Shown one piece after another: positions 25,334 to 33,573 of a stretch of 36,702 nucleotides of DNA. The translations under genes were made by a program, and so were the position numbers. Under the pieces are notes generated by a model. That model ran no database searches, was not told the DNA's origin, and was given only the letters and a program-made list of their open reading frames with translations. Position 1 is the stretch's first letter. Each line of letters begins with the position of its first letter. The stretch is from positions 1-36,702 of the forward strand of contig CALKYI010000067.1 of assembly GCA_938003665.1 (NCBI GenBank), given 5' to 3'. The DNA is from an uncultured Flavobacteriales bacterium. Lineage in GTDB: Bacteria; Bacteroidota; Bacteroidia; Flavobacteriales_D; Sanyastnellaceae.

Positions 25334-25930
25334 GTGATCCGACCAAGAACAAATTCCAGCCGCTCAGCACTGAACTCCTTTTGGATGGCAGGCTGGGCGG
25401 CTTTTCTTTTGCTCGGATGTGCGAATTCTGACGCGGATGTTTCCGATGTCCGAGCGGACGAAACAAGTCCCGTGCAAACGGTCATCAATGGCACATTCAG
25501 GTACAGTGAGCGCGGGGTAATTCTCCACGAACTCCACGCAGGAGAGCTACGTCGCGAAGAACGCGGCAACGCCGAAGTATCCGAAGATGTCGTGGAAGTG
25601 CGGTCCGGCTTCGAATTGTTCATCGGCGGAGATGCTACCAACCACGAAGCGCACATGACGGCGGACTGGGCCACCCTGGACGAAAAGAACCTTCGGCTCA
25701 TTGCGAAGCACGCCGTTACCCTCGAAAACGCCGAAGGCGATGTATTGGAAACCGAGTACCTCGTGTGGTCGGAGGATTCGAACCGGGTGTGGACCAACCG
25801 GCCAGTGACGATTCGCACTGCCGATGGGGTTATTTATGGGGAAGGGCTGGAATCGGATGCGCGGTTTGAGAGCTACCGCATCATCAAACCCCGAGGCGAA
25901 ATGGTGTTGGAAGGGACCGAATTGCGTTAG
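25334..25930 (+). CDS. lptC: LptC-like LPS export periplasmic protein (lipoprotein-type signal)
   Basis: 198 aa, GTG start (alternative ATG at 25385). Lipobox FLLLGC. LEKNLRLIAKHAVTLENAEGDVLETEYLVWSEDSNRVWTNRPVTIRTADGVIYGEGLESDARFESYRIIKPRG matches the LptC C-terminal pattern I know from Bacteroidota. Confidence 0.7.
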   Translation: MIRPRTNSSRSALNSFWMAGWAAFLLLGCANSDADVSDVRADETSPVQTVINGTFRYSERGVILHELHAGELRREERGNAEVSEDVVEVRSGFELFIGGDATNHEAHMTADWATLDEKNLRLIAKHAVTLENAEGDVLETEYLVWSEDSNRVWTNRPVTIRTADGVIYGEGLESDARFESYRIIKPRGEMVLEGTELR

Positions 25931-25935
25931 GTTTG
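25928..25935 (+). promoter_or_regulatory. Candidate -7 box TAGGTTTG (perfect) whose TAG is the lptC stop codon; 17 nt upstream of the 2-TM ORF
   Basis: Read directly as gcgtTAGGTTTGTactgg. The 10-mer TTAGGTTTGT is repeated identically at 26171..26180. Confidence 0.4.
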
Positions 25936-25952
25936 TACTGGACTTAACGACC

Positions 25953-26174
25953 ATGAACGAAGAACAACTGCACCGTGTCAACCGCATGGCTGAACGCTTT
26001 TGGATTGGCATCATCGTTTGCTGCGTTGCGGCATCCGGGTATTTCATTTGGGAGGACGGTTGGGCGCAACAGAAGCAATCCCTGGTCTTGCCCGCCATGG
26101 CTGCAGCATGGTACGGATTCCGCCGTTTTTTTCGCCAACGCCTCGAGCGTGGAAGTAACGCGCGGAATGATTAG
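25953..26174 (+). CDS. Small (73 aa) predicted two-TM membrane protein, uncharacterised
   Basis: ORF 25824..26174 trimmed to ATG 25953, since the upstream part overlaps lptC out of frame. MNEEQLHRVNRMAERFWIGIIVCCVAASGYFIWEDGWAQQKQSLVLPAMAAAWYGFRRFFRQRLERGSNARND has two hydrophobic stretches flanked by basic residues. Confidence 0.55.
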   Translation: MNEEQLHRVNRMAERFWIGIIVCCVAASGYFIWEDGWAQQKQSLVLPAMAAAWYGFRRFFRQRLERGSNARND

Positions 26175-26179
26175 GTTTG
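26172..26179 (+). promoter_or_regulatory. Candidate -7 box TAGGTTTG (perfect) whose TAG is the stop codon of the 2-TM ORF; 15 nt upstream of the CNNM/CorC gene
   Basis: Read directly as atgaTTAGGTTTGTtttagccttgacccATG. Confidence 0.4.
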
Positions 26180-26194
26180 TTTTAGCCTTGACCC

Positions 26195-27490
26195 ATGGAT
26201 CCTGACCCCTCGAGTTCGCTTTTGATCATCGGATTGGCCCTCGTCGCCTCCGCTTTCTTTTCCGGAATGGAGATTGCCTTCGTTTCGGCGAACCGCCTGC
26301 AACTCGAACTGGATTCAAAAAGCAGTTGGCAGGGCCGCATCCTTACCCAACTATCGTCAAGTACCAATCTCTTAATTGAGACAATACTGGTTGGCAACAA
26401 CCTCGCGTTGGTGTTATGGCGATTGGAATCTGGGGCGCTCGTCAGCCACGGACTTTTCGGCGTAAGCGACTGGACGGAAGCCGCGCAACCAATTTTGGTG
26501 TTGGCGGTGCAAACGTTGATCACGACGTTGGTCATCTTGGTTGTGGCTGAGTTCATACCCAAAGCCCTCTTCCACAGCAATGCGAACTTTTGGCTCAAGT
26601 TTTTTGCGGTTCCGCTGGTCATCATCCACTACTTGCTGCTTTTGCCGGGGTTGCTTGTCGTGGGGCTGAGCAATTTCTCCATCCGACTCGTCGGCCGATC
26701 GACCGGGAGCGATGAGGATGAAGAGCAACTCGGCGCAACCGACCTCGATCACTTCATCCGCGAAATGAGCGGACGAATGGAACCCGAGCAAGAGCTAGAA
26801 CACGAGCTGCAAATCATGCAGAATGCATTGGAGTTCAACAAGGTTCTAGCTCGCGACTGCCTGATCCCACGAAACGAGGTCGTCGCCGTGGACCTGGAAA
26901 CGCCCCTTGATGAGGTGCGGGAACTGTTCATCTTGAAAGGCCTCAGCAAGATTGTCGTCTACCGGGGAGACATCGACCAAACCATCGGGTACGTGCACTC
27001 GAAGGACCTGTTCAAGAACCCGACCTCCATCAAGACGATTCTGCATCCGACGTTCGTGGTGCCTGAACCAATGCCGGCGGATGATGTACTCAAGCGCTTC
27101 AAGCAACGCAAGCGGCATTTGGCCATCGTCGTCGACGAATTTGGAGGCACGTCAGGCATCTTGACGATGGAGGACATCATGGAACAGTTGGTTGGCGACA
27201 TCGAGGACGAACACGACAAAGAGGAACTGATTGAAGAGGCGCTAGACACGGGTAAATGGCGGTTCTCGGCGCGCCTCGACGTGGAAGACCTGAACGAACG
27301 GTTCGACCTCCAATTGCCGTTGAACGACGCTTACGAAACGCTTGGCGGGCTGGTAATCCACTACACCGAAGACATTCCAGAAGCCGGGTACACATTGGCA
27401 CTCGACGGCTTCACCATCGAGGTGGAAGAAGTGAGTGGAAACAAGGTGCAGACTGTCATCCTGCACGTGATTTCGGAGGAAAACAGTTGA
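26195..27490 (+). CDS. CNNM(DUF21)-CBS-CorC_HlyC family membrane protein (hemolysin-family annotation), a GldE paralog
   Basis: 431 aa. MDPDPSSSLLIIGLALVASAFFSGMEIAFVSANRL, a CBS pair, and the CorC C-terminal domain ...GGLVIHYTEDIPEAGYTLALDGFTIEVEEVSGNKVQTVILH. Confidence 0.9.
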   Translation: MDPDPSSSLLIIGLALVASAFFSGMEIAFVSANRLQLELDSKSSWQGRILTQLSSSTNLLIETILVGNNLALVLWRLESGALVSHGLFGVSDWTEAAQPILVLAVQTLITTLVILVVAEFIPKALFHSNANFWLKFFAVPLVIIHYLLLLPGLLVVGLSNFSIRLVGRSTGSDEDEEQLGATDLDHFIREMSGRMEPEQELEHELQIMQNALEFNKVLARDCLIPRNEVVAVDLETPLDEVRELFILKGLSKIVVYRGDIDQTIGYVHSKDLFKNPTSIKTILHPTFVVPEPMPADDVLKRFKQRKRHLAIVVDEFGGTSGILTMEDIMEQLVGDIEDEHDKEELIEEALDTGKWRFSARLDVEDLNERFDLQLPLNDAYETLGGLVIHYTEDIPEAGYTLALDGFTIEVEEVSGNKVQTVILHVISEENS

Positions 27491-27496
27491 AACCCC

Positions 27497-27514
27497 AACG
27501 GCACGTTTGCCGTT
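27497..27514 (+). terminator. Weak hairpin (AACGGCA-cgtt-TGCCGTT) 7 nt after the CorC-family stop
   Basis: Read directly. It has only a short T run (ttt, partly within the stem) after it, so termination efficiency is doubtful. Confidence 0.25.
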
Positions 27515-27561
27515 TAAGGAGGCACAACACGTAAAAACGCCCGGAGATATTGGATTTCCCT

Positions 27562-27569
27562 TATCTTCG
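27562..27569 (+). promoter_or_regulatory. Candidate -7 box TATCTTCG (one mismatch), 26 nt upstream of the ppiD-like ATG
   Basis: Read directly as cccTTATCTTCGcaaacc. Confidence 0.3.
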
Positions 27570-27595
27570 CAAACCTTAAAAAAGACACGTTTATC

Positions 27596-29650
27596 ATGTC
27601 AATGATTCAACAAATTCGAAACCGACAAGGCCTGCTGATTGTGATGATCGGCATCGGCATGCTCGGGTTTTTGGTTCCCTATGACGCAGTGATGGCTTTG
27701 TTTGGCCAAAACGGAAGCCGCGACGTCGGCGAAGTAAACGGGGTGGCCGTATCCGGTGCGCAGTACCAGATGGAAGTTCAAGAGCGTCGCCGACTGGGAT
27801 TCAGCGGCGATCAATTGGCCGAGGAAGTGTGGAACGACATCACATCGGAAATCGTACTCGGGGATGACTTCGACGCGTTGGGTTTGACGGTCAGCGACGA
27901 GGAGTATGAAGAGATGCTTTTCGGTACGGCATTCTCGCCGTACATGAACCGTGCGTTCTACTCCAATGCAGAAACCAAGGGATTCTGGCAGCAGAACTTC
28001 GACGCGATGTTGGGCACTGACCGCGGAATCGCGGACTTCATGTCCTACAAGCGCCTCATCGTAGCCAAGCGCATCCGCGAGAAGTACGACAACCTCGTCG
28101 TTTCTGGCATCTACTCCAACTCACTGGAGGGCAAGTACGACCACGCTGGCGCGAACCGCAAGGTGAACTTCAACTACGTGTTCAAGTCATTCAGCTCCAT
28201 CGATGAGACCGAAATAAACGTGACGGATAGCGACGTTAAGGCTTACTACAAAGCCCACAAGGACGAAGCCCAGTACAAGCAAAACGCAGGACGTAACATC
28301 ACGTTTGCACGCATTCCATTGCAGGCTTCTGCTGAAGATGCAGCCGCCATCGAAGCCGACTTGGCTGCGATCAAAACGGTCTGGGAAAACACCGAAGACA
28401 GCGACAGCTTGTTCGTAGCGAACACGAATGAAGCTCCCTTCACGGCAACCGTTCTGCGCAAGAGCGATGTGGAAACCGATGTCAACGAAGCGACCTTCTT
28501 CGACGCGAAAGCAGGCGACCTCATCGGTCCTTACCAAAAGAAGACGAGCTACCGATTGGCCAAGGTGATGGAGTTTTTCAGCGAGCCTGATAGCGCTGCA
28601 TGCCGCCACATCTTGCTCAAGGCTGACAACCCACAAGACGCCGAAGAAATGGCCGTCTTGATGGATCGTGCCGACAGCTTGAAGCGTGCGCTGCGCCGCG
28701 GTGCCTCGTTTGAGGATTTGGCTGAGCGCTTCAGCGAGGATCCCGGATCCAAGTCGAAAGGTGGGTTCTACGATTTGTTCCCACGCGGACGTATGGTGAA
28801 GCCCTTCGAAGATTTCTGCTTCGAAAACAAGCCCGGCAAAATTGGAGCCGTCGAAACGTCATTTGGTGTTCACTTGATTGAGGTCATGGAGCACACCGAC
28901 GCGGTGGAGCAAGTGCGCGTGGCCCTCATTGAGCGCGTCATCGAGCCTTCTACGACCACAGCTCGCGAATCATATGGCGCGGCCAGCGAATTCGCCATTC
29001 AAGCCACGTCACGCGAAGCCTTCATGCAAGCCGCTGGCGATGCTGGGTACGCGACAAATACAGCGACCGATGTGTTGCGCAACGCGAAATCCGTATCGGG
29101 ACTCCGCAATGCCGCTGAACTCGTTTCCTGGGCCTACGGTGCCGAGGAAGGCGAAGTATCCAACCCCATCCTCGTTGATAAGAACTACGTGGTGGGCTAC
29201 CTCGACCGCATCACCGAAGAGGGTGCTCCGTTGTTTGAGTACGTCGAAAACGAAATGCGCACCGGCGCTGTGAAGGAAGCGAAAGGCGAGCTTTACAGCG
29301 AGCGCATGGCCACCGGTTCATTGGAAGAAATCGCCACAGCGGTGGGCTCCTCTGTCGCCAGTGCGACCAACATTGCGTTGAAATTCCCCACCATCAGCGG
29401 AGCAGGCTCATCGCCAGAACCCGAAGTGGTCGGCATGGCCTTCGCCATTCCAGTGGGGAACGTTTCCGCTCCCATCGTGGGCAACAACGGTGTGTGGGTC
29501 ATTGCCCCCACGTCCAGCACCGATGCCGCAGCGAAGTCGGACTACCTGACGGAACAAACGACCTTGTTGTCACGTGCACGCGGCGCAGCAACCATCCGCA
29601 TTTCGAATGCCATGATGGACGCAGCTGACTTGGAAGACAACCGAAACTAA
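27596..29650 (+). CDS. ppiD: PpiD-like periplasmic chaperone / parvulin-type peptidyl-prolyl isomerase with an N-terminal membrane anchor
   Basis: 684 aa. MSMIQQIRNRQGLLIVMIGIGMLGFLV is the typical PpiD N-terminus and anchor. Parvulin domain ACRHILLKAD...GGFYDLFPRGRMVKPFEDFCFENKPGKIGAVETSFGVHLIEV. Confidence 0.85.
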   Translation: MSMIQQIRNRQGLLIVMIGIGMLGFLVPYDAVMALFGQNGSRDVGEVNGVAVSGAQYQMEVQERRRLGFSGDQLAEEVWNDITSEIVLGDDFDALGLTVSDEEYEEMLFGTAFSPYMNRAFYSNAETKGFWQQNFDAMLGTDRGIADFMSYKRLIVAKRIREKYDNLVVSGIYSNSLEGKYDHAGANRKVNFNYVFKSFSSIDETEINVTDSDVKAYYKAHKDEAQYKQNAGRNITFARIPLQASAEDAAAIEADLAAIKTVWENTEDSDSLFVANTNEAPFTATVLRKSDVETDVNEATFFDAKAGDLIGPYQKKTSYRLAKVMEFFSEPDSAACRHILLKADNPQDAEEMAVLMDRADSLKRALRRGASFEDLAERFSEDPGSKSKGGFYDLFPRGRMVKPFEDFCFENKPGKIGAVETSFGVHLIEVMEHTDAVEQVRVALIERVIEPSTTTARESYGAASEFAIQATSREAFMQAAGDAGYATNTATDVLRNAKSVSGLRNAAELVSWAYGAEEGEVSNPILVDKNYVVGYLDRITEEGAPLFEYVENEMRTGAVKEAKGELYSERMATGSLEEIATAVGSSVASATNIALKFPTISGAGSSPEPEVVGMAFAIPVGNVSAPIVGNNGVWVIAPTSSTDAAAKSDYLTEQTTLLSRARGAATIRISNAMMDAADLEDNRN

Positions 29651-29670
29651 GCGGCCACCACAACCGCATC

Positions 29671-29704
29671 AAAAAGCCCGCTCAACAGCGGGCTTTTTTG
29701 TTTT
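29671..29704. terminator. Bidirectional intrinsic terminator between ppiD-like (+) and queA (-)
   Basis: aaaaAGCCCGCTcaacAGCGGGCTtttttgtttt: an 8-bp GC-rich stem (29675..29682 / 29687..29694) with a 4-nt loop, an A-run on the left and a T-run on the right, so it reads as stem plus U-tract on both strands. Confidence 0.8.
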
Positions 29705-29707
29705 CGA

Positions 29708-30937
29708 TCAATGCTGCTCCCACTCGAGGTAACTGCCGTCTCCGTAACTCAAGAAGCGAAATCCCTCCGATAGAGCACGGTCGTAAACGGCCTTCCAATC
29801 ATCGCCAATGGCCGAGGCCACGAGGCAGAGCAACGTGCTGTTGGGGAGATGAAAATTGGTAATGAGCCCGTGCACGGAGCGGATGCGATACGGAGGCACC
29901 ATCATCACTGATGTTCGGAAATGCCAGTCGGCCCCGTCCAAGGCGTTGACGCACCACTGCATGGCCGTTTCCATTGTCCAGCCCAAGCGCTCAGCCGCAT
30001 CGCCAAGTTCGTAGCGCCATTCCCATTGGTGCAGCTCATTCGGTTGTTCACCGGTTTCTTTCCATTTGATGGCGAGCCAGTACAAACTCTCCAAGGTCCG
30101 CAAGCTGGTCGTACCCGTAGCGACCCGGTGTACCCCTTCCTCGGCAAGGGCATGAATTGCATCAAAGGAAACTGAACAATGCTCGCCGTGCATGACATGG
30201 TCCGCCACATCGCCTTCACCCAGGGGTTTGAAGGTGCCTGCGCCCACGTGCAAGGTGACGTGGTGCAAGGAAGTGCTTGTGCTCAACTCGGCCATCAGCG
30301 GTGCATCAAAGTGCAGCCCTGCCGTCGGGGCTGCCACTGAACCGGGCACTTCAGCATACACCGTCTGGTAGTCCTCCGCATCCTGCTCCTCCGCTGGGCG
30401 CCGCATGTACGGTGGCAACGGCATCTTCCCCATGGCCTCCAGCAACTCGGCAAAACTCGCTTCCCGCGCTTCACCAGTCGACGCCGACCGGTGCGACCAC
30501 TGCAATTCAATGTAGCGCACGCCCTCGTCCATGCCCACCCGTTTGGCTGTGACCTCCCACTTCCCGGCGGCGTCCTCCACATTCAATCCGGCTTCCCCAG
30601 CCGTCCACCGCTTCCCCCCTTTGACCATGCATTTCCACGCCACCGACTGGGTAGAAGCCAAGGCCTGTTCCATGGACTTTTCGTGCGGCTCGAGCAAGAA
30701 TACTTCCAAGCGCCCTCCGGTCGGCTTCTGCAGCAACAAGCGCGCTCGAATGACCCGGGTATTGTTTACCCACAACTGCGTGCCGGGCGGCAAGACTGCT
30801 GGCAAATCGGTGAACTGCTGATGGGTAGCGACTTCTCCGCGTTTCCACGTCAGCAGCCGAGCGCTTGAGCGGGGCATCACAGGATGGACCGCGATGGCCG
30901 ATTCAGGAAGTTCGTAAGCGTAATCCGCCGTCTGCAT
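29708..30937 (-). CDS. queA: S-adenosylmethionine:tRNA ribosyltransferase-isomerase
   Basis: ORF 29708..31015(-) trimmed to ATG 30937..30935. MQTADYAYELPESAIAVHPVMPRSSARLL matches the QueA N-terminus. Also LPPYMRR, TAGLHF and HVGAGTFKP. Confidence 0.93.
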   Translation of the reverse strand: MQTADYAYELPESAIAVHPVMPRSSARLLTWKRGEVATHQQFTDLPAVLPPGTQLWVNNTRVIRARLLLQKPTGGRLEVFLLEPHEKSMEQALASTQSVAWKCMVKGGKRWTAGEAGLNVEDAAGKWEVTAKRVGMDEGVRYIELQWSHRSASTGEAREASFAELLEAMGKMPLPPYMRRPAEEQDAEDYQTVYAEVPGSVAAPTAGLHFDAPLMAELSTSTSLHHVTLHVGAGTFKPLGEGDVADHVMHGEHCSVSFDAIHALAEEGVHRVATGTTSLRTLESLYWLAIKWKETGEQPNELHQWEWRYELGDAAERLGWTMETAMQWCVNALDGADWHFRTSVMMVPPYRIRSVHGLITNFHLPNSTLLCLVASAIGDDWKAVYDRALSEGFRFLSYGDGSYLEWEQH

Positions 30938-30961
30938 GCATGGAATTTTTAAACAACGCGA

Positions 30962-30969
30962 CAAAAATA
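30962..30969 (-). promoter_or_regulatory. Candidate -7 box TATTTTTG (perfect), 24 nt upstream of the queA ATG
   Basis: The reverse strand reads ccggcTATTTTTGtcgcgttgtttaaaaattccatgcATG. Confidence 0.5.
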
Positions 30970-31015
30970 GCCGGTGAAGGCGCCTTTCGTTCCTCCAAAA
31001 TGAACAGGGGTGCAT

Positions 31016-31023
31016 TACCTTCG
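31016..31023 (+). promoter_or_regulatory. Candidate -7 box TACCTTCG (one mismatch), 7 nt upstream of the dehydrogenase ATG
   Basis: Read directly as cattACCTTCGttcaatcATG. Confidence 0.3.
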
Positions 31024-31030
31024 TTCAATC

Positions 31031-31990
31031 ATGGCCAAAATCCTTGTCATCGGAGCTGCTGGACAGTTGGGCATCGAACTGGTGCTCGCGCTTCAGCACC
31101 ACTACGGAGTCGAAGCGGTAGACGTTTCCGACATCCGTGTGCCGGACGATGAGGGGGTCATGCGCAGCCGTTTTTTGCACCTCGATGCCACCGACGAAGG
31201 GACGGTACACAAGGTGTTGGAGGAGGGCCGGTACCAGGCGGTGTATCACCTGGCCGCCATGTTGAGCGCCACCGGAGAGAAAAAACCGATCGCCGCTTGG
31301 GACTTGAACATGCAATCCTTGCTCAATGTCCTCGAAGCGGCAAAGGAAGGTTGGGTCGAACGGGTATTCTGGCCGAGCTCCATTGCTGTGTTTGGTCCGC
31401 AAACACCCAAGCAAGACGTCCCACAGGACGCATTGCTCGATCCGACCACGGTCTATGGAATCAGCAAGCAAGCCGGTGAGTACTGGTGCCGGTATTACCA
31501 CGAGAAGTTCGGCGTCGACGTGCGCAGCATCCGCTACCCTGGCCTGATCGGCCACCGTTCTGAGCCGGGGGGAGGGACCACGGATTATGCCGTGGAAATC
31601 TACCACGCCGCGACAGCCGGTGAGGCGTACACGTGCTTCTTGCGCGCGGACCAAGCCCTGCCCATGATGTACATGGACGATGCGGTGCGGGGCACGTTGG
31701 AATTGATGGCCGCCCCCGTAGAGCAGATCCGAGTTCGGACGTCCTACAACCTCGGCGCCATGAGTTTCACACCGAGCGAAGTCGCCAACGGCATCCAGCA
31801 GCACTTGCCCAATTTTCAAGTGAACTACGCACCGGACCACCGCCAGGCCATTGCCGAAAGCTGGCCCGAAAGCATTGATGATGCAGCCGCACATGCTGAC
31901 TGGGGATGGGAGCCAAAAGTGCTGCTGGCTGAGATGACGTTGATCATGCTCGATGCCATAGGAAAAAAGACACAGTCGCCTGTGCACTGA
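31031..31990 (+). CDS. NAD-dependent epimerase/dehydratase (extended SDR), closest in my memory to short-chain L-threonine 3-dehydrogenases
   Basis: ORF 31010..31990 trimmed to ATG 31031. [14 protein letters not shown] (GxxGxxG), [33 protein letters not shown] (YxxxK plus the TDH-like context). No kbl partner is in the window. Confidence 0.75.
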   Translation: MAKILVIGAAGQLGIELVLALQHHYGVEAVDVSDIRVPDDEGVMRSRFLHLDATDEGTVHKVLEEGRYQAVYHLAAMLSATGEKKPIAAWDLNMQSLLNVLEAAKEGWVERVFWPSSIAVFGPQTPKQDVPQDALLDPTTVYGISKQAGEYWCRYYHEKFGVDVRSIRYPGLIGHRSEPGGGTTDYAVEIYHAATAGEAYTCFLRADQALPMMYMDDAVRGTLELMAAPVEQIRVRTSYNLGAMSFTPSEVANGIQQHLPNFQVNYAPDHRQAIAESWPESIDDAAAHADWGWEPKVLLAEMTLIMLDAIGKKTQSPVH

Positions 31991-32082
31991 TTCGCGCAGC
32001 GCTGCCGCTTCATAGTGCGGGATGCCTTTTCTTTGTACTTGCGCTTTGTGCACCGCATGAACGTCCAAACAAGAGAATCGAT

Positions 32083-33573
32083 ATGGCCGAGTTTTCCCCG
32101 TTGTACATCCAGAACAGCTTGACCCGCAAAAAGGAGTTGTTCACTCCGCTCAATGCCCCTTACGTTGGCATGTACGTGTGTGGTCCGACGGTGTACAGCA
32201 ACGTGCACCTCGGGAACGTTCGCACATTCCTAACGTTCGATGTGGTGTACCGGTACCTCACGTTCCTCGGCTACCAGGTCCGCTACGTCCGGAACATCAC
32301 GGACGTCGGGCACTTGACGGGAGACTCCGACGATGGAGAGGACAAAATCGGCAAGAAGGCCCGGCTCGAAAACCTCGAGCCGATGGAGATTGTCCAGAAG
32401 TACACCAACGACTTTCACGATGTGATGCGTGTCTTCAACATGAAGTCCCCATCCATCGAGCCCAGCGCCACAGGACACCTCGTCGAGCAGATTGAAATGA
32501 TCAAGGACATTCTCGATCGCGGGTACGCCTACGAATCCAATGGCAGCGTCTACTTCAACGTACGCAAGTACAACGAAGACCACGATTATGGTGCGCTCTC
32601 AGGCCGCAAGATCGACGACCTCCTCAACAACACGCGCTCCCTCGATGGGCAAGACGAGAAAAACGACCCATTGGATTTTGCCTTGTGGAAAAAGGCCGAT
32701 GCCTCACATTTGATGAAGTGGCCTTCGCCTTGGAGCGATGGCTTTCCCGGCTGGCACCTCGAATGTTCGGTGATGAGCACGAAGTACCTCGGCACCCAGT
32801 TCGACATCCACGGCGGTGGGATGGATTTAAAATTCCCTCACCACGAATGCGAAATCGCGCAAAACACCGGGGCAACCGGTGAGGCCCATTCGGTTCGGTA
32901 CTGGATGCACGGCAACATGCTGACGGTGAACGGACGCAAAATGGCCAAATCCGAAGGCAATGGCTTCACCCCTGAAGAACTGATCTCCGGCAACCACGCC
33001 TTGCTCGAACGCGGGTACTCACCGATGACCGTCCGCTTTTTCATGTTGCAAGGCCACTACGCCTCCACCCTGGACTTCTCCAATGAAGCCCTGCAAGCAG
33101 CGGAGAAGGGCCTCGATCGCTTGATGAGCGCCATGGCCACATTAGAGGGATTGCCAACGACCTTGGATGCACCGAATCCCGACGTGGACACAGCGGCCTT
33201 GGCCAAGCGGTGCAGCGAAGCCATGGGCGATGACTTCAATACCCCGATTTTGATCAGTGTCTTGTTCGATGCCGTCAAACTCGTCAACAGCATTGCGACC
33301 GACCGCATAGCCATCGATGCCACACAGAAAACAGCGTTGGTGGAGCTCCTCAACGGCTACGTTTTCGATGTGCTCGGCTTGATCCGGGAAGACGAAACAA
33401 GCGGCGGCAGTGAAGGCGAGTCTGGCGCCCTGCTCGACCTTTTGGTCGAATTGCGTGGCAACGCCAAAACCAACAAGGATTGGGGAACAGCCGATGCCAT
33501 TCGCGATGCCCTTGGCGCCCTCGGCATTCGTATCAAAGACAGCAAAGACGGCAGCACATGGGAACGCGACTGA
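32083..33573 (+). CDS. cysS: Cysteine--tRNA ligase
   Basis: 496 aa. [19 protein letters not shown] (HIGH-type motif), [16 protein letters not shown], and KMAKSEGN (KMSKS-type motif). Confidence 0.97.
   Translation: MAEFSPLYIQNSLTRKKELFTPLNAPYVGMYVCGPTVYSNVHLGNVRTFLTFDVVYRYLTFLGYQVRYVRNITDVGHLTGDSDDGEDKIGKKARLENLEPMEIVQKYTNDFHDVMRVFNMKSPSIEPSATGHLVEQIEMIKDILDRGYAYESNGSVYFNVRKYNEDHDYGALSGRKIDDLLNNTRSLDGQDEKNDPLDFALWKKADASHLMKWPSPWSDGFPGWHLECSVMSTKYLGTQFDIHGGGMDLKFPHHECEIAQNTGATGEAHSVRYWMHGNMLTVNGRKMAKSEGNGFTPEELISGNHALLERGYSPMTVRFFMLQGHYASTLDFSNEALQAAEKGLDRLMSAMATLEGLPTTLDAPNPDVDTAALAKRCSEAMGDDFNTPILISVLFDAVKLVNSIATDRIAIDATQKTALVELLNGYVFDVLGLIREDETSGGSEGESGALLDLLVELRGNAKTNKDWGTADAIRDALGALGIRIKDSKDGSTWERD

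Noticed and set aside
25824-25952. N-terminal extension of the 116-aa track ORF
   Set aside because: It overlaps the lptC 3' end out of frame. The internal ATG at 25953 follows a candidate -7 box and starts the hydrophobic protein.
27516-27522. Perfect Shine-Dalgarno-like AAGGAGG in the CorC/ppiD spacer
   Set aside because: There is no ATG, GTG or TTG within a usable distance downstream. The next TTG is about 27 nt away and opens only a 9-codon frame. The real genes in the window lack SD sequences. It is probably chance, or part of the 3' hairpin region.
31025-32068. 347-aa minus-strand ORF
   Set aside because: It is antisense to the SDR/threonine-dehydrogenase-like gene, which has GxxGxxG and YxxxK. 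It also runs through the intergenic spacer upstream of cysS.
31991-32082. Possible leader element (T-box or riboswitch) or terminator upstream of cysS
   Set aside because: Only short 4-bp stems are present (CCGC...GCGG, plus the GCAGCGCTGC palindrome). There is no specifier, antiterminator or other recognisable architecture. T-box control is not expected in this phylum.
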